A stretch of 64,000 nucleotides of DNA, taken from positions 1,178,001 through 1,242,000 of the forward strand of contig VJWM01000068.1 in NCBI GenBank assembly GCA_010909165.1, in the 5' to 3' direction. Below the pieces are notes generated by a model. The model saw only the letters and a list, made by a program, of their open reading frames with translations, was not told the origin of the DNA and searched no databases. The DNA is from Anthoceros angustus (lineage: Eukaryota; Plantae; Anthocerotophyta). The position numbers were made by a program, and so were the translations under genes. Below, piece by piece: positions 62,697 through 64,000 of the stretch (the first letter of the stretch is position 1; each line of letters begins with the position of its first letter).

Positions 62697-64000
62697 TCAC
62701 GGGGGTATGGTAACCTGGCATGCATCTTCCAGTTTACCACATTTTGCAAACATGTCCACCAGGCAGGTGCCCACCACTACGTTATCTAGCAGTCCTCTTT
62801 CGACAATCTGTGAGTGCAGCTGCATGCCCTTCTGTAAGGCACCAGTGCTTGAATAGGCCTTCAAAAGGCAAGCAAAAGTAAAATGGTCAGCCAAAAGCAG
62901 GTCCGCCTCCTCCATTTGTCCATACACAACAAGCGTCTCTTGGCCGAGCCCTTGCTGTGCATACCCAGCAATGAGGGCATTCCAACATCCTTTGTGTTCA
63001 TGCTGTCAAAAACCTGGCGGGCATCTTCCAGTTCACCACATTTCACATACATGTACACAAGGCAGTAACGGTTGCCCACCACTATGTCAGCTAGCAGTCC
63101 TCTTTCGACAATCTAGGAGTGCAGCTGCCTGCCCTTCTGTAAGGCTCCAGTGCTTCTACAGGCCTTCAGAAGGCAAGCAAAAGTAACATGGTTAGCCAAA
63201 AGCAAGCCCTCTTGCTGCATTTGTCCATACAAAGTAAGCGCCTCATGTCCAAGCCCTTGCTATGTGCACCCAGCAATCAGAGCATTCCATGTCACTACAT
63301 CCTTTCTGTTCATGCTGTCAAAAGCCTGGCGTGCATCTTTCAGTTCGCCACATTTGTCTTCTTCAATGAAAATTTTGCTGCCCCAACAGCTTTCTTGAGT
63401 GCCTTGTTTGCAATCTCATCCACTGGCAGTTGGCTCTGTGACTTTTGTTCCATATTGGATTATGGGGGTTGGAAATTATGCTTTACTGTCAATCCTGAGT
63501 CCATGTTTTCACTCTCAGCAGATTCTAGACAAGTTTTTATCCTCCCTGCTTCTCATGGTTTGCAAATTGGAACAAAGAGGGACAAGCAGACAGTTGATGA
63601 GACGACTAACAAGATCAACAACCTCCTGTTCAAGGTAGGGCTCTAGAGATTGTAAAAGTGGAGATGTGGCTGAGTCCATTGATGCCTTACAGCCAAGTTG
63701 TGTCGTATGCAAGCATGTCCAAGGCAGTTGCCAATAAACAAGTTAGTAGGAATGCCACTCTGCACCACATAACGGTGCAACTTACTGCCAGATTCCAAGT
63801 CGGCGGCAAATGCACAAGCTTGAAGGGCAGCTACAAAGACGTGAGCATCAGCCTTCACTCCTGACCTACGCATCTCATGGTACAGTTGTGTGGCCTCCTC
63901 AAGTTTCCCGTGCTTAGCATGTGCAGAGATTATGGAAAACCACATGAAGAAATCTGGTTTGCCCACCCTGGTGAACCCATGGCCTCCTCCAGCCTACCTC
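62697..64000 (-). pseudogene. PLS-class pentatricopeptide repeat gene, disrupted (5' part off-window)
   Basis: WFSIISAHAKHGKLEEATQLY..M...ADAHVFVAALQAC; repeated KCGELEDARQVFDSM and FTFACLLKA...LHSQIVERGL..NVVVGTCLVDMFAKCG. Several frameshifts and a 352-bp insert; no E/DYW domain visible. Confidence 0.85.

Noticed and set aside
1-64000. tRNA, rRNA or other structured RNA genes
   Set aside because: None recognised by eye; tRNAscan-SE or Infernal would be needed to exclude them.

Overview
Eukaryotic plant DNA; the gene density, short GT-AG introns and PLS-type PPR gene suggest a compact-genome seed-free land plant (inference). Bases 1-12.4 kb are a gene cluster: a mitochondrial carrier (thiamine-diphosphate-carrier-like, minus strand), a 10-exon TRIPP homolog (plus), an F-box-like gene (minus, one apparent frameshift) and a two-exon LRR receptor kinase (plus). 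The rest is mostly nested transposons. There are two CRE-like non-LTR retrotransposon 3' fragments with tandem arrays (13-15 kb) and a GC-rich minisatellite with a duplicated unknown ORF (15.3-18 kb). An outer CACTA has its TnpD gene split by a 36.3-kb inner CACTA (19106-55443, 32-bp TIRs, AAA TSD), which is interrupted by a 19-kb Ty3/gypsy element (27704-46768, ACCCC TSD). A copia RT-RNaseH/LTR remnant and a disrupted PLS-PPR gene end the window. The most unusual structure is the gypsy element's very long LTRs (4.4 and 7.0 kb), each carrying a ~2-kb accessory ORF remnant. Caveat: the TE regions contain many indel-rich tandem duplications that may be long-read assembly artefacts, so most frameshifts there cannot be taken as real. 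No RNA genes or CRISPR arrays were found.
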